Shown: piece after piece, positions 47,387 through 57,690 of the stretch
Layout of the letters: each line of letters starts with the position of its first letter
Position numbering within the stretch: the first letter of the stretch is position 1
DNA from: an uncultured Bacteroides sp.
GTDB lineage: Bacteria; Bacteroidota; Bacteroidia; Bacteroidales; JACABE01
Assembly: GCA_964496885.1 (NCBI GenBank)
Contig: CAZCBG010000009.1
Location: 1,162 to 65,161, forward strand
Direction of reading: 5' to 3'
Length of the DNA stretch: 64,000 nucleotides
Translations under genes and position numbers: made by a program
The notes under the pieces: model-generated
Seen by the model: only the letters and a program-made list of their open reading frames with translations
Database searches by the model: none
Told to the model about the DNA's origin: nothing

Positions 47387-48952
47387 ATGCGTATAGACCA
47401 AACGTTTAATCGTAACGACATTTACCTTTTCGGATTAATCTTGTTAGCTATAGGTATCCCTCTTTCTAATTTTTTAATGAGTGTTGCACAAATTATACTA
47501 CTCTCTAACTGGCTGCTTGACAAAAATTTACTTAAAAAAATAAGAATATTTTTTAGCAATAAACCAGCTCTCTTCTTTACTTTTATTTTTTTATTGCATC
47601 TTATCGGCTTGTTGTATACCTCTGATTTTAATTATGCATTTAAAGATATACGTACCAAAGTCCCTATCATTTTTCTGCCAATTTTAATAAGTAGCTCACC
47701 ACTTATTGACCGGAAGAAATTCAGGTTAATCCTATTATTTTTTGTTGCTTCCGTATTGATTGCCACTTTTGCATGTTATTACGTTTATCTTAGCCGCGAA
47801 ATTTATGATATCCGAACTATTTCAGTATTTATCTCACACATCCGTTTCAGTCTGGATATCTGTCTGGCTATCTGTATATTGTTTTATTTTATTTATAAAG
47901 AATTTATATTAACCAACTCAAAAAAATGGATACTGAGTCTACTACTACTTTGGCTGGTATATTTTCTTTTTGTTTTGCAATCGTATACAGGAATTATTAT
48001 TTTGGTCATTTTATTTCTTATTTTCTTACTTTATTTTACCATTTCATTTAAACAATGGAGTTTTAAATTAATTGCATTTTCCCTCTTAATTGCCTTACCT
48101 CTTTTTATTCTTCTATTTATTCAATCAGGCATTCATTCCTATTTTAAGGTAGAATACGGAGCTACTTCTCATCTAGATTCGTTGACTCCAAGAGGTAATT
48201 TGTATACCCACGATACCCTTGGTTTAGGCATTGAAAACGGTCATCACATCGGTTTGTATATTTGTCAGGAAGAAATGGATAAAGCATGGAAAACCAGGAG
48301 TAAATTAAACATTGATAGTAATGATAGGATGGGTCAACGGATATCCTATACATTAATTCGTTTTTTAAATTCTAAAGGTTTGCGTAAAGATGCTGATGGC
48401 GTGAGTGCATTGACAGATCAGGAAATAAAAGCAGTTGAACGAGGATATGCAAATACTATTTATCTTCAACACCCTGGCTTACAAGCAAGATTGTACAAGA
48501 TTTTATATGAATACAATACCTATACTATTTCAAAAAACACAAAAGGGCACTCAATATTACAACGTTTTGAACTGTGGAAAGCAGCAATAGGAATTATTAA
48601 AAATAATTTTTGGTTGGGTGTAGGAACCGGAGATATGGTAAATGTATATGACAAACAATTAAAAGAAATGGAATCGGATCTGGCGGGCCAGAAGTTAAGA
48701 GCTCATAATCAATACTTATCAATATTTTCAGCATTTGGGTTATTTGGGTTCCTTGTTTTTATGTTTGCACTTATTTACCCAGCATTCTTAAATCATTCAT
48801 TTAAAGATTTTTATTTCTTGGCTTTTTTTATAATCCTTTGTTTATCCATGATCAATGAGGATACCATCGAATCACAGGCCGGGGTAAGTTTCTTTGCCTT
48901 TTTCTATTCTTTGTTCTTACTTTCAATTCCTATAGCGAAAGACAAGGAATAA
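47387..48952 (+). CDS. O-antigen ligase (Wzy_C) family polytopic membrane protein
   Basis: 10 or more TM helices, a large loop, and the H-N-x-Y-L motif (RAHNQYLSIFSAFGLFG). Confidence 0.7.
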   Translation: MRIDQTFNRNDIYLFGLILLAIGIPLSNFLMSVAQIILLSNWLLDKNLLKKIRIFFSNKPALFFTFIFLLHLIGLLYTSDFNYAFKDIRTKVPIIFLPILISSSPLIDRKKFRLILLFFVASVLIATFACYYVYLSREIYDIRTISVFISHIRFSLDICLAICILFYFIYKEFILTNSKKWILSLLLLWLVYFLFVLQSYTGIIILVILFLIFLLYFTISFKQWSFKLIAFSLLIALPLFILLFIQSGIHSYFKVEYGATSHLDSLTPRGNLYTHDTLGLGIENGHHIGLYICQEEMDKAWKTRSKLNIDSNDRMGQRISYTLIRFLNSKGLRKDADGVSALTDQEIKAVERGYANTIYLQHPGLQARLYKILYEYNTYTISKNTKGHSILQRFELWKAAIGIIKNNFWLGVGTGDMVNVYDKQLKEMESDLAGQKLRAHNQYLSIFSAFGLFGFLVFMFALIYPAFLNHSFKDFYFLAFFIILCLSMINEDTIESQAGVSFFAFFYSLFLLSIPIAKDKE

Positions 48953-48979
48953 TTTTTAAAGCTGTATCAATTTTATTTG

Positions 48980-48987
48980 TACTTTTG
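48980..48987 (+). promoter_or_regulatory. -7 promoter box TACTTTTG upstream of cdd
   Basis: TAnnTTTG match, 144 nt upstream of the ATG at 49132. Confidence 0.35.
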
Positions 48988-49131
48988 ATACCGATTAGTT
49001 TTCTAAAAATGCCATTTCTTTAAAGTTTTCAGGTATTTATAGAAAACTATCACCAATTACCATTCTATTCGTTCTTGTTTTTTAATTAATTGAACGATTG
49101 TATTTACATTTCTTAAACTGAAAAAGGAGTT

Positions 49132-49623
49132 ATGCAAGAAAAAGAAATTAAAATCCTGTTTACGATTTATCAATCTATAGAAGAACTATCAAAAGAAGAT
49201 CAGTTTTTACTCGAAAAAGCTTTGATTGCCTCTAAATCAGCTTATGCACCTTATTCCGGTTTTAATGTAGGTGCTGCTATTTTACTTGAAAATGGAACCA
49301 TAGTAACAGGAAACAATCAGGAAAATGCTGCCTATCCATCTGGATTATGTGCAGAAAGGGTCGCCATGTTTGCAGCTTCTTCTCAATTTCCAGATGTAGC
49401 TATGAAAGTGATTGCTATTACTGCCAATTCAAAGAAATTTGAAGTAAATATTCCGATTTCCCCTTGTGGTTCTTGTCGTCAAGTAATGTCGGAATATGAA
49501 ACTAAACAAAACAAACCGATGAAAGTGATTCTAAGAGGCGCTAAGGGCGATATACAGGTAATCAATACCATTGCAGGTTTATTGCCCTTTATGTTTCATG
49601 CGGACGAATTAAAACAAAAATAA
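49132..49623 (+). CDS. cdd: Cytidine deaminase
   Basis: Zinc motifs CAERVA and PCGSCRQ. Confidence 0.9.
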   Translation: MQEKEIKILFTIYQSIEELSKEDQFLLEKALIASKSAYAPYSGFNVGAAILLENGTIVTGNNQENAAYPSGLCAERVAMFAASSQFPDVAMKVIAITANSKKFEVNIPISPCGSCRQVMSEYETKQNKPMKVILRGAKGDIQVINTIAGLLPFMFHADELKQK

Positions 49624-49626
49624 TTT

Positions 49627-50499
49627 ATGAAGAAAAAAATAATGGCCATCTTATTATTGGTATTAACTTGTGCTATGATAAGCGATAAACCAGCTTACCT
49701 CATTTATGATAAAAAAGGGACACTTACTTCTTATGAAAAATTATTGAGCGATGCAAACGAAGCTGACATTATCTTCTTTGGAGAACTGCACAACAATCCG
49801 ATTTGTCATTGGTTGCAGCTGGAACTCACTAAAGATGTTTACAAAACAAAAAAAGATCAGTTGGTGTTAGGTGCCGAAATGTTTGAAAGTGACAATCAAC
49901 TCCTGTTGGATGAATATACTTCAGGTAAAATAAAAGCAAGCAATTTTGAAGCCGAAGCCAAATTATGGCCCAATTACAAAACCGATTACAAGCCAATACT
50001 CGAGTTTGCCCGTAAAAATAAAATTCCTTTCATAGCTACCAATATTCCCCGCCGTTATGCTGCTATGGTAAACAAAGGTGGTTTCGAAGCATTGGATACG
50101 ATGAGTAAAGAGGCAAAGTTATTGTATGCACCTTTACCTTTTGAATACAATGCCGAATTAAATTGTTACAAACAAATGCTGAATATGGATAGTACAGCTA
50201 TGATTGCCTCGCATGCAACACCTAATTTACCAAAAGCTCAGGCGGCCAAAGATGTAACAATGGCTTATTTTATTCTGAAAAATCGCAGCAAAGGTAAAGT
50301 TTTTATACATTTCAATGGAAGCTATCATTCCGATGATTTTGAAGGTATTGTATGGTATTTGAAAGAAGCCAAACCAAAATTAAAGATACTTACCATCACA
50401 AGTGTGGAACAATCAACAATGGATACACTGGATAAAGAGAATTTCAATAAAGCAGATTATATTTTGTGTATTCCGGAAACTATGTGTAAAACGAATTAG
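49627..50499 (+). CDS. ChaN-family (DUF399 / Tiki-like) lipoprotein
   Basis: Lipobox-like LTCA; DIIFFGELHNNPICHWLQLEL signature. Confidence 0.65.
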   Translation: MKKKIMAILLLVLTCAMISDKPAYLIYDKKGTLTSYEKLLSDANEADIIFFGELHNNPICHWLQLELTKDVYKTKKDQLVLGAEMFESDNQLLLDEYTSGKIKASNFEAEAKLWPNYKTDYKPILEFARKNKIPFIATNIPRRYAAMVNKGGFEALDTMSKEAKLLYAPLPFEYNAELNCYKQMLNMDSTAMIASHATPNLPKAQAAKDVTMAYFILKNRSKGKVFIHFNGSYHSDDFEGIVWYLKEAKPKLKILTITSVEQSTMDTLDKENFNKADYILCIPETMCKTN

Positions 50500-50553
50500 G
50501 CATTAAGGTTTAAAGCTTTAAGTTCAGCCTGGAAAGTTTTACAATGACATTGC

Positions 50554-50949
50554 TTAATTAAAAGTAAATATCAGATTAAAAAAGAAATTCCAGACCGTTA
50601 CTACTGCAATGGCAAATAATTTGGATACATAAAAGTTCTTATTGAACTTACTTACCAGTGTCCATAATATCAAAGTATTAATTCCCAATCCAACAAGAGA
50701 GATTAACAGAAATTTACTGTATTCAAGACCTATTTCTGGATTCAGGCTATGGAAGGTCCAGATTCTGTTGAATATATAATTGGAAGAGGCAGCCAGGGTA
50801 AAGCCAATGGCATTGGCAATATATTTTTGAATTTTAAATATTTCCTTGCAAAGATAGGTAAACCCAAAATCAACAATCACCCCCGAAGCACCCACTAGGC
50901 CGAATTTTAAAAATTTTAAAATTAATTCGCTGGTTAATAATAACTTCAT
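50554..50949 (-). CDS. GtrA family membrane protein
   Basis: 131 aa, 4 TM helices, KF..VG..G......Y.......A........N(F/Y)..NR.WTF pattern. Confidence 0.8.
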   Translation of the reverse strand: MKLLLTSELILKFLKFGLVGASGVIVDFGFTYLCKEIFKIQKYIANAIGFTLAASSNYIFNRIWTFHSLNPEIGLEYSKFLLISLVGLGINTLILWTLVSKFNKNFYVSKLFAIAVVTVWNFFFNLIFTFN

Positions 50950-51032
50950 TGTTGTAACTTAAGGCTGCATTTTTTTGAAAAAACAAAATTAGTAATATTT
51001 AGATGGATAGTGAAATTTTAAAAACAATCCAT

Positions 51033-51065
51033 AAAAAAAGACGCTACTAGAGCGTCTTTTTTTTG
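51033..51065 (-). terminator. Bidirectional rho-independent terminator downstream of the PPIase gene
   Basis: AAAAAAAGACGCT-ACTAG-AGCGTCTTTTTTTT. Confidence 0.75.
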
Positions 51066-51078
51066 ATTTAAATAAATA

Positions 51079-53205
51079 TTAATAGAAGAAAATTCTGTTA
51101 TCTTCAATTTTTGCTTTATCCTGAATAGCTTTATAGGTATCGTTTCCAACTCTTTGCTGAAACATACCTTGCAATTGCATTTTAACCATTGTATAGTCTT
51201 TGGCAGCAGGAGCTTTGATGATATCATCCACACATACCACATATACACCACTATACCCTTTAATTGGTTTAGAAACTGCAGATTTTTTCATTGTAAAAGT
51301 AGTACCAATTACTTCTGGTTCATACCCTTTTCTTCCAACGTTGTAGGCTGCAAAATTTAATTGTTCAACAGTATCTACCTTTGTGTTGAATTTAAGGGCT
51401 AACTGATTCAAATCTTTTGTAGCTGCCAAGGCTGTATTTAATTTTTCCTGTATCAGCAATGCTTTTTTATCTCTTTTTACAACAAATTCAAGTCTTTGTT
51501 TTATTTGGGCTAGAGGAGCAATTCCTTTTTCGCGTTTTTCTTTAACCACAGCTACTACAAATTTATTATCAAATTCAAAAACTTGTTTTGAAACATCATT
51601 TTTCTTTGTATCTTCATTGAAAGCCCACTTTACTAATTCTCTTGCATTTTCAACACCGGGAATATTATCAGACATAGGTTGGATATATTCAGCGGTACGT
51701 TTGTTTAAGCCTTCTTTTTTAATCGTATTTTCGAATTGATCTAAGCTTGTATTTTCGCTTGCAAATTTATTAGCCAATGCAAATACATTTTTATAAGTTT
51801 GATTACTTGCTTCGAGGCTTCGAGTGACAAGAGCAACACGAATTTTCTTTTCAGGTATTTTTTTTCCGGTAATATTGATAACATGATATCCAAAAGCTGA
51901 TTCTACAACTACAACATCACCTACTTTTCCTTTTACTACTGCTTCATTAAAAGGAGCAACCATTGTTTGATCGGCAAACCAATTCAAATCGCCTTTGTTT
52001 TCTTTTGCTGATGGATCATCAGAGGTTGAAGCTGCTATCCCAGCAAATTTTGTAGTATCTTTTTGTATCATCACCCTTAAGCTATCTGCAATTTTCTTTG
52101 CTTCTTCTTTGGTACGCTTTATTGTTTCGGCAGCACCATAAGCACCTTGAAACGAAAGAAGAATATGTCGAGCTCTCATTGAATCAGGACGCATCTGAAC
52201 ATCCATTAATTTTGCCATTTTATAAGATCCATTGTCTAAAAATGGTGGCATAATAGTTCCAACACTTGCATTAAACATGGCTGAATCAATACGGTATGGC
52301 AAAACTCCTTTTTTAATAAAAGTACTATCATAACGTTTATCAGAAACAGAATTTACAAATTCAGGAACATTATTAGAGGTTTGGAATTCTGAAAAAAGGT
52401 CGTTTACCTGTTTAATAGTTGCAGCCTGATCTTCTTTAGAAGGAAGTACCTCAAACATAACATAATCGAGATCTCTTGATGGCTCTTGGTCAAATTCCTG
52501 TTTGTGTTCTTCGTAATACGTTTCATAATCTTTATCTGTTAATAGAACAGCACTATCAGAAACACTGGTAAAATCTACAGAAACTAAACGCAATTTCACG
52601 AAGTCGCTTTGAGCTTCGTAAGCCTTTTTAGCAAAAGCTTTAGGCATATAAAAACTCTTGGAAATAAGATTATTGTATTTTGTACGGATTCTATCAGCTT
52701 TAATTCCTTCTTCTAATGTTTTCCATTGTTTTTGTTCTTCAGGTTTCATCGTTTCAAAACCATTAATAATTGACATTACTCTTTGTCTGTCAACCTGTCC
52801 GGTTTTTGGATTTGTAAAGTTCTGAACTATAAATTGGTGTAAGAATTTACCATAGAACATATCATTCATTTCGTCAGGAGAAACTTCAATTGAAAGTTCT
52901 TCATATTCTTTTTTCATTAAAATATCACTTACAAATTGATTCCAAACGCTTTGACGTACCTGAAATAATTCCTGAGGGCTTAATTGATCTTTTCGTTGTT
53001 GTTGTTTCATTTGCTCAACCTGAGCTTCCATTTTCTTTTCAAATTCGGGATAAGTAATATCTGTACCATTGATAACTCCTAAATTTTTGTTATTCAAACC
53101 TTTAGAGCTTTTCACTGCATCCTGTAATACGAATCCAGCAATGGCAATACCAATTAATATAACTAACAAACCTGATCTTTTTCTTATTGTTCCTATAATA
53201 GCCAT
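51079..53205 (-). CDS. Periplasmic chaperone / peptidylprolyl isomerase (PpiD/SurA-like)
   Basis: N-terminal TM anchor; parvulin domain RARHILL...GDLNWF...FGYHVI; 708 aa. Confidence 0.85.
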   Translation of the reverse strand: MAIIGTIRKRSGLLVILIGIAIAGFVLQDAVKSSKGLNNKNLGVINGTDITYPEFEKKMEAQVEQMKQQQRKDQLSPQELFQVRQSVWNQFVSDILMKKEYEELSIEVSPDEMNDMFYGKFLHQFIVQNFTNPKTGQVDRQRVMSIINGFETMKPEEQKQWKTLEEGIKADRIRTKYNNLISKSFYMPKAFAKKAYEAQSDFVKLRLVSVDFTSVSDSAVLLTDKDYETYYEEHKQEFDQEPSRDLDYVMFEVLPSKEDQAATIKQVNDLFSEFQTSNNVPEFVNSVSDKRYDSTFIKKGVLPYRIDSAMFNASVGTIMPPFLDNGSYKMAKLMDVQMRPDSMRARHILLSFQGAYGAAETIKRTKEEAKKIADSLRVMIQKDTTKFAGIAASTSDDPSAKENKGDLNWFADQTMVAPFNEAVVKGKVGDVVVVESAFGYHVINITGKKIPEKKIRVALVTRSLEASNQTYKNVFALANKFASENTSLDQFENTIKKEGLNKRTAEYIQPMSDNIPGVENARELVKWAFNEDTKKNDVSKQVFEFDNKFVVAVVKEKREKGIAPLAQIKQRLEFVVKRDKKALLIQEKLNTALAATKDLNQLALKFNTKVDTVEQLNFAAYNVGRKGYEPEVIGTTFTMKKSAVSKPIKGYSGVYVVCVDDIIKAPAAKDYTMVKMQLQGMFQQRVGNDTYKAIQDKAKIEDNRIFFY

Positions 53206-53227
53206 AGTTCTTTTTTTTAAATAGTTG

Positions 53228-53235
53228 GCAAATTT
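53228..53235 (-). promoter_or_regulatory. -7 promoter box TAAATTTG (minus strand) for the PPIase gene
   Basis: TAnnTTTG match, 22 nt upstream of the ATG at 53205. Confidence 0.45.
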
Positions 53236-53543
53236 ACATTTTTTTTTCTAATTTATATTACTTTTCAGCCATTTTTTTAAATCGTGTTGAAAAACAACTC
53301 ATTTTTAAGATTGTAAGGTTTTAATATTCGAGCAAGCTTTTGTTCTTCCTCTAATCAGGAAAAGTATTATAATCAATAATTTATATGCTAAAAGTAAAAT
53401 AAATATTAGAGGAGAAATTCAACAAGACAAAAAGACAGCTATAATGAAAGCATTGTTCTATTGCTTTTGATATAATTTGAACTTTTTCAAATAAGTTTAT
53501 GACGTAAAACCCAAATTAAAAATATGAATATTAGGAATAAGTA

Positions 53544-54812
53544 TTATTCAACACTTATTCGAACGTTAACTTTTCCTATCCTGGTTTTGCTGGCTTCGAG
53601 TATGGTAAATATAAAATTTCCAATAATTATTTCATCGTTCAAATTTGGAATGCTTTCGTGAAAATGAGTAATCAAACCAGCCAAGGTTTCATAATCGTCT
53701 GTTTTTGGCAAAAGCAATTGATACTTGTCATTCAAATAATCAATTTCTAGCCTTCCCGAAAATATGTATTCATTTTCTGAAATTATTTTTTCGATGTGAT
53801 CTTCGGTATCGTATTCATCATTTATTTCACCAAAAATTTCTTCAATTACATCCTCAAGTGTCAACATACCAGAGGTTCCCCCAAATTCATCTACCACTAC
53901 TGCCACATTTTTTCGTTGTTCAATAAAACTGGATAAAAGTTTATTGGCTAGCATTGTTTCTGGTACTATAATAATGGGTTTAAGTACTTGATTTATATTT
54001 TCAGGTTTTTTAAGCATATCGTGAGAATGCACATATCCGATAATGATATCAATTGTATTTTCGAAAATAAGTATTTTCGAAAGATTGGTTGCTATAAATA
54101 GCTTTATCAATTCTTCAATCGTTGTATTTATTTCAATTGCAATGATCTCGGTACGAGGGATCATGCATTCACGTAATTTTACGTCCCTGAAATCAATTGC
54201 ATTTTGAAACATCTGCAATTCTTGTTGGATTTCGTTATTTTCAGAATGATCGTTTGAAAATTCATTTAAGAAATTATCTACATCAATTGGGGTAAACATT
54301 TGATTTTGATGATGAAAGTTTAATTTCAACAATCGTTTTAGCAAAAATTCAGAAAATGAAATAAAAAGATAGGTAATGGGGAAAAGCAAATAATAAAAAA
54401 TTATTGCGGGGATAGCAAAAAATCGTAACGTAGAATTGGCATTTATTCTAAAGAGTATTTTTGGCAAGAATTCTGCAGTAATTAATATTAGGAGGGTTGC
54501 AACAATTGTTTGTATCAGCAGAATAAGAAATTCAGATTGAAATTGAAGCGGTAGAATATTGATAATGGGAGGCTTAAGCATTCTTGCCATAACAATACCA
54601 TAAATAACCAAAGCAATATTATTGCCTAATAGAAGTGCACTGATAAATTTCCAGGGTGTTTTTGAGAAATTTGATAAAATTCTTGCTGAGAAAGAGCCTT
54701 TGTTTCGGTCAACTTCAATTTTTAATTTATTTGCAGTAATAAAAGCAATTTCCATACCTGAAAAAAACGCAGACAACAACAACATTATCAATATAATAAA
54801 CAGATCAGTCAT
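53544..54812 (-). CDS. Hemolysin/CNNM family protein (DUF21 TM domain, CBS pair, CorC_HlyC); GldE-like
   Basis: 4 TM N-domain, CBS pair, C-terminal transporter-associated domain. Confidence 0.85.
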   Translation of the reverse strand: MTDLFIILIMLLLSAFFSGMEIAFITANKLKIEVDRNKGSFSARILSNFSKTPWKFISALLLGNNIALVIYGIVMARMLKPPIINILPLQFQSEFLILLIQTIVATLLILITAEFLPKILFRINANSTLRFFAIPAIIFYYLLFPITYLFISFSEFLLKRLLKLNFHHQNQMFTPIDVDNFLNEFSNDHSENNEIQQELQMFQNAIDFRDVKLRECMIPRTEIIAIEINTTIEELIKLFIATNLSKILIFENTIDIIIGYVHSHDMLKKPENINQVLKPIIIVPETMLANKLLSSFIEQRKNVAVVVDEFGGTSGMLTLEDVIEEIFGEINDEYDTEDHIEKIISENEYIFSGRLEIDYLNDKYQLLLPKTDDYETLAGLITHFHESIPNLNDEIIIGNFIFTILEASKTRIGKVNVRISVE

Positions 54813-54817
54813 TGTAA

Positions 54818-55414
54818 TTATTCTTTTCTATCAATATTAATATTTCCTCGTGGATGACGGAGTGAGTAATTGTTAAAACTATCATCAGCATCAAAACCAT
54901 CCCCATATAAGATATTATTTTTATTTACACGTTTTACCAAAACGTTGGAAGAGATAGATTTTCTGTTTCTGTCCCATAAAATACTTTCAGTATAAATAGT
55001 ATCCCCCTTTTTAAAATCAATAATAATTACATTGTTTTTTGCTTCCATTACTCTTCTTTCATCGTAATCAACAGCATAATTAGCCGATAATTTTCTAATT
55101 TCTTTCCTGTTTTCATCATAAAAAATCACGCAAAGACCTTTTGGATATTTAGAATAAGATTGCTCGCCTTGGTATCGGTCTAACTGAGGACTGGTCATAA
55201 ATATTTGTAATTTACCTGAATCGCTTCTTAAAACAGTAATGTCTTTAGCTGATTCAACAGGTAAATTTATAAAATCTGTCAGGGATTTTATTTTTTTCAT
55301 ATCGTTTTGGCAAGAAACAATAAGACAAAAGAAGAAAATCCCGGCAAGTAGTTTTATTACTTGAAACCGGGAATTTTTTTTGAACTGTAAATCCGTTATC
55401 TTTTTATTTATCAC
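54818..55414 (-). CDS. lptC: LPS export periplasmic protein LptC (Bacteroidota type)
   Basis: Lipobox IVSC, size, beta-jellyroll-like pattern, and conserved position between the OMP/coaX genes and the CNNM gene. Confidence 0.6.
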   Translation of the reverse strand: MINKKITDLQFKKNSRFQVIKLLAGIFFFCLIVSCQNDMKKIKSLTDFINLPVESAKDITVLRSDSGKLQIFMTSPQLDRYQGEQSYSKYPKGLCVIFYDENRKEIRKLSANYAVDYDERRVMEAKNNVIIIDFKKGDTIYTESILWDRNRKSISSNVLVKRVNKNNILYGDGFDADDSFNNYSLRHPRGNINIDRKE

Positions 55415-55461
55415 TTTTACAAAGTGTTGTAATTATCTTAAATTGAGGTATTTTTTTAGTA

Positions 55462-56760
55462 TTAATCAAATTTTCTTTTAAAGAACCAGAAATCGTAGGC
55501 TGAAAATCCAATGGTAATTTTTGTGAAGTTTTCTTTAATTAAATTATTGTCGACAGTGCCTCTTTTCCCATATTCAATGCCTAAGTTGATAGTTGACTTA
55601 CTTTTTCTGAGAGGTAAACCTAATCCAAAACTTATTCCATACTCATCTATTTGATTATTACCAATTTTTAAATTGGTGGTAGTATATCTGAAACCTGCTC
55701 TATATGCTATTCTTTTAAAGTAGTTTGAAGAATAGTTGTCAGGTTTAATTTCTCCACCAACAGATATACGCATGCTATTTGACAAGGAGGCTTCTTTTAT
55801 ATCATTGTAAGTATAATTTGCCCAATTTTGCCAGTTATAATCGGCACCTATCAGCCATTTGTTTGATTTTTCAAGCACAAACCCAATGCCGATATTCATA
55901 GGAATATGGATGTTCCCGCTTTTATCGTTACTACTTGAATTGGTAGAGGTGTCGTGCACATATTCCATACCACTCGTACTTTCAGAAAAACTATAAACTA
56001 TTTGGTCTTCAGTAGTTTTTGCATTCATTGCGTTGCTAAAAACAATTCCGCATCCCAGGTTTAAATCTTTGTTGATTTTTTTGGTATATTGTAAGCCAAA
56101 ATTGAAATTAAAAATCCCAACATTGGTTGATTTTGTTTGTTTAATATCATAAGTGTATAATGAATCGGGGAAATAAACCTTTTGAATTCTATCGATAAAC
56201 CCAAATAAGTAAGAAACATTTACACCCAACGATAGGTTTTGATTTATTTTGAAAGCTTGTCCTATATAAAATTGATTGATACCACCCTGGCCTTCATAAG
56301 TGTATTTTGTATTACCGATACTGGGGTTAGGATCCACTTTAGTTTCAGAAACATTATAGCCAACGCTGCTATAAGGTAATAACCCAAAACTTCCTTTCCA
56401 CCAACTATTAATCGGAAATCCGAAAGTTAAATACGCTAAAGATGTATAATTAGACTTCTGACTTATATTACTGGTTTCTAAGGTGGTAAAATTACTTAGC
56501 AAACCGCCTTCAAAAACAAAAGATAAGGAATCGAAGCTGGTGTAAGAAGCAGGATTCATCACGTTTACGGAAGTAGGATTTCTTACTGCATATCCGATTC
56601 CACCCATAGATGTGTAGCGGCTGTTATTGTATGTTTGTATTTCGCCTAATCCAAAGCGTGAATAAGGAGAATGTATTCTATTCTGAGCATTTACGCCAAA
56701 GATTGTAATTATACATACCACAATAAGAGTTGGTATTATTTTTCTGTTATTTTTCAGCAT
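55462..56760 (-). CDS. Hypothetical outer-membrane beta-barrel (putative porin)
   Basis: Signal peptide ending VNAQ; alternating strand pattern; aromatic C-terminus. Confidence 0.5.
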   Translation of the reverse strand: MLKNNRKIIPTLIVVCIITIFGVNAQNRIHSPYSRFGLGEIQTYNNSRYTSMGGIGYAVRNPTSVNVMNPASYTSFDSLSFVFEGGLLSNFTTLETSNISQKSNYTSLAYLTFGFPINSWWKGSFGLLPYSSVGYNVSETKVDPNPSIGNTKYTYEGQGGINQFYIGQAFKINQNLSLGVNVSYLFGFIDRIQKVYFPDSLYTYDIKQTKSTNVGIFNFNFGLQYTKKINKDLNLGCGIVFSNAMNAKTTEDQIVYSFSESTSGMEYVHDTSTNSSSNDKSGNIHIPMNIGIGFVLEKSNKWLIGADYNWQNWANYTYNDIKEASLSNSMRISVGGEIKPDNYSSNYFKRIAYRAGFRYTTTNLKIGNNQIDEYGISFGLGLPLRKSKSTINLGIEYGKRGTVDNNLIKENFTKITIGFSAYDFWFFKRKFD

Positions 56761-57472
56761 TAAAATCGAGTATTATGTTTAGTCCAATTAAGACAATATT
56801 TGAAACTGCAAAGATGCTATTTTTTAATATTTTATCAAAATATTTCATATCACCACCGCTTAAAATTATTTTAATATTCTTATAATCATCAATATATTTT
56901 GATGTTATACTTTTAACTTCATGAAAAGCGCCATTAATAACGCCCGATAATATTGAATTTTCAGTAGATTGACCGATGAATGAAACTGCTGATTTTTTTA
57001 CAACTAACGGAAGTTTTCCTGTAAAAGTATGTAAAGCTTTAAATCTAATTGAAATACCTGGCGAAATAGCCCCTCCCAGGTATTCTCCTTTATTATTTAT
57101 AAACTCATAGGTAATACAAGTCCCCGCAATAATTACCAAAATATTTTGTCCTGGGAAAAAGTGCATTCCAGCTATGGCTGCTGCCAACCTATCTTTGCCT
57201 AAGGATTCGGAAGTTGTATATCTATTTATAATTGGGATAGGTGTTGTATTTGTAAATTCAATAAAATTGAAATTTTTCTGTAGAAAGTCTTTAATTGCAG
57301 CAGGATAATCAACTACAGTAGATAATATTGCTGATTGAATAGCGTATTTAGCTGTAATCTGTTGAACTTTTTTAATGGAAATTTTTTTAAAAGCATGCAT
57401 TTCCAAGATTTGATTGCCATCAAAAATTGCAATTTTTTGTAATGTATTCCCAAAGTCTAAAACCAACTTCAT
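56747..57472 (-). CDS. coaX: Type III pantothenate kinase
   Basis: MKLVLDFGNT start, GKDRLAA, GGAISPG. The ORF-track start at 57502 is a TTG inside the promoter box. Confidence 0.9.
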   Translation of the reverse strand: MKLVLDFGNTLQKIAIFDGNQILEMHAFKKISIKKVQQITAKYAIQSAILSTVVDYPAAIKDFLQKNFNFIEFTNTTPIPIINRYTTSESLGKDRLAAAIAGMHFFPGQNILVIIAGTCITYEFINNKGEYLGGAISPGISIRFKALHTFTGKLPLVVKKSAVSFIGQSTENSILSGVINGAFHEVKSITSKYIDDYKNIKIILSGGDMKYFDKILKNSIFAVSNIVLIGLNIILDFNAEK

Positions 57473-57499
57473 ATCAAAATATTGAACGGCAAAGTTAAT

Positions 57500-57507
57500 C
57501 AAAATTA
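57500..57507 (-). promoter_or_regulatory. -7 promoter box TAATTTTG (minus strand) for coaX
   Basis: TAnnTTTG match, 27 nt upstream of the ATG at 57472. Confidence 0.5.
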
Positions 57508-57690
57508 ATAGAATAGCACTATTTGATTTTTTGTTAAAAATGTATAATTAAAATCAGCACCTTCAGTATTCACACCTTTAATCCATTCTTCTATACGAGC
57601 ATTGTAATATTCATAAAAATAGAATTTTCAGCCTTTTTTATATTATATTTGTAAAGTCAAAAAAATGTTGAATTTCAAAATTTTTTAGTC

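Noticed and set aside
53236-53543. ~300-bp spacer between the CNNM/hemolysin gene and the PPIase promoter, scanned for an ncRNA. It has an 8-bp inverted repeat CCTCTAAT...ATTAGAGG with a loop of about 50 nt.
   Set aside because: The stem is short with a very long loop, and there are no flanking promoter or terminator signals.
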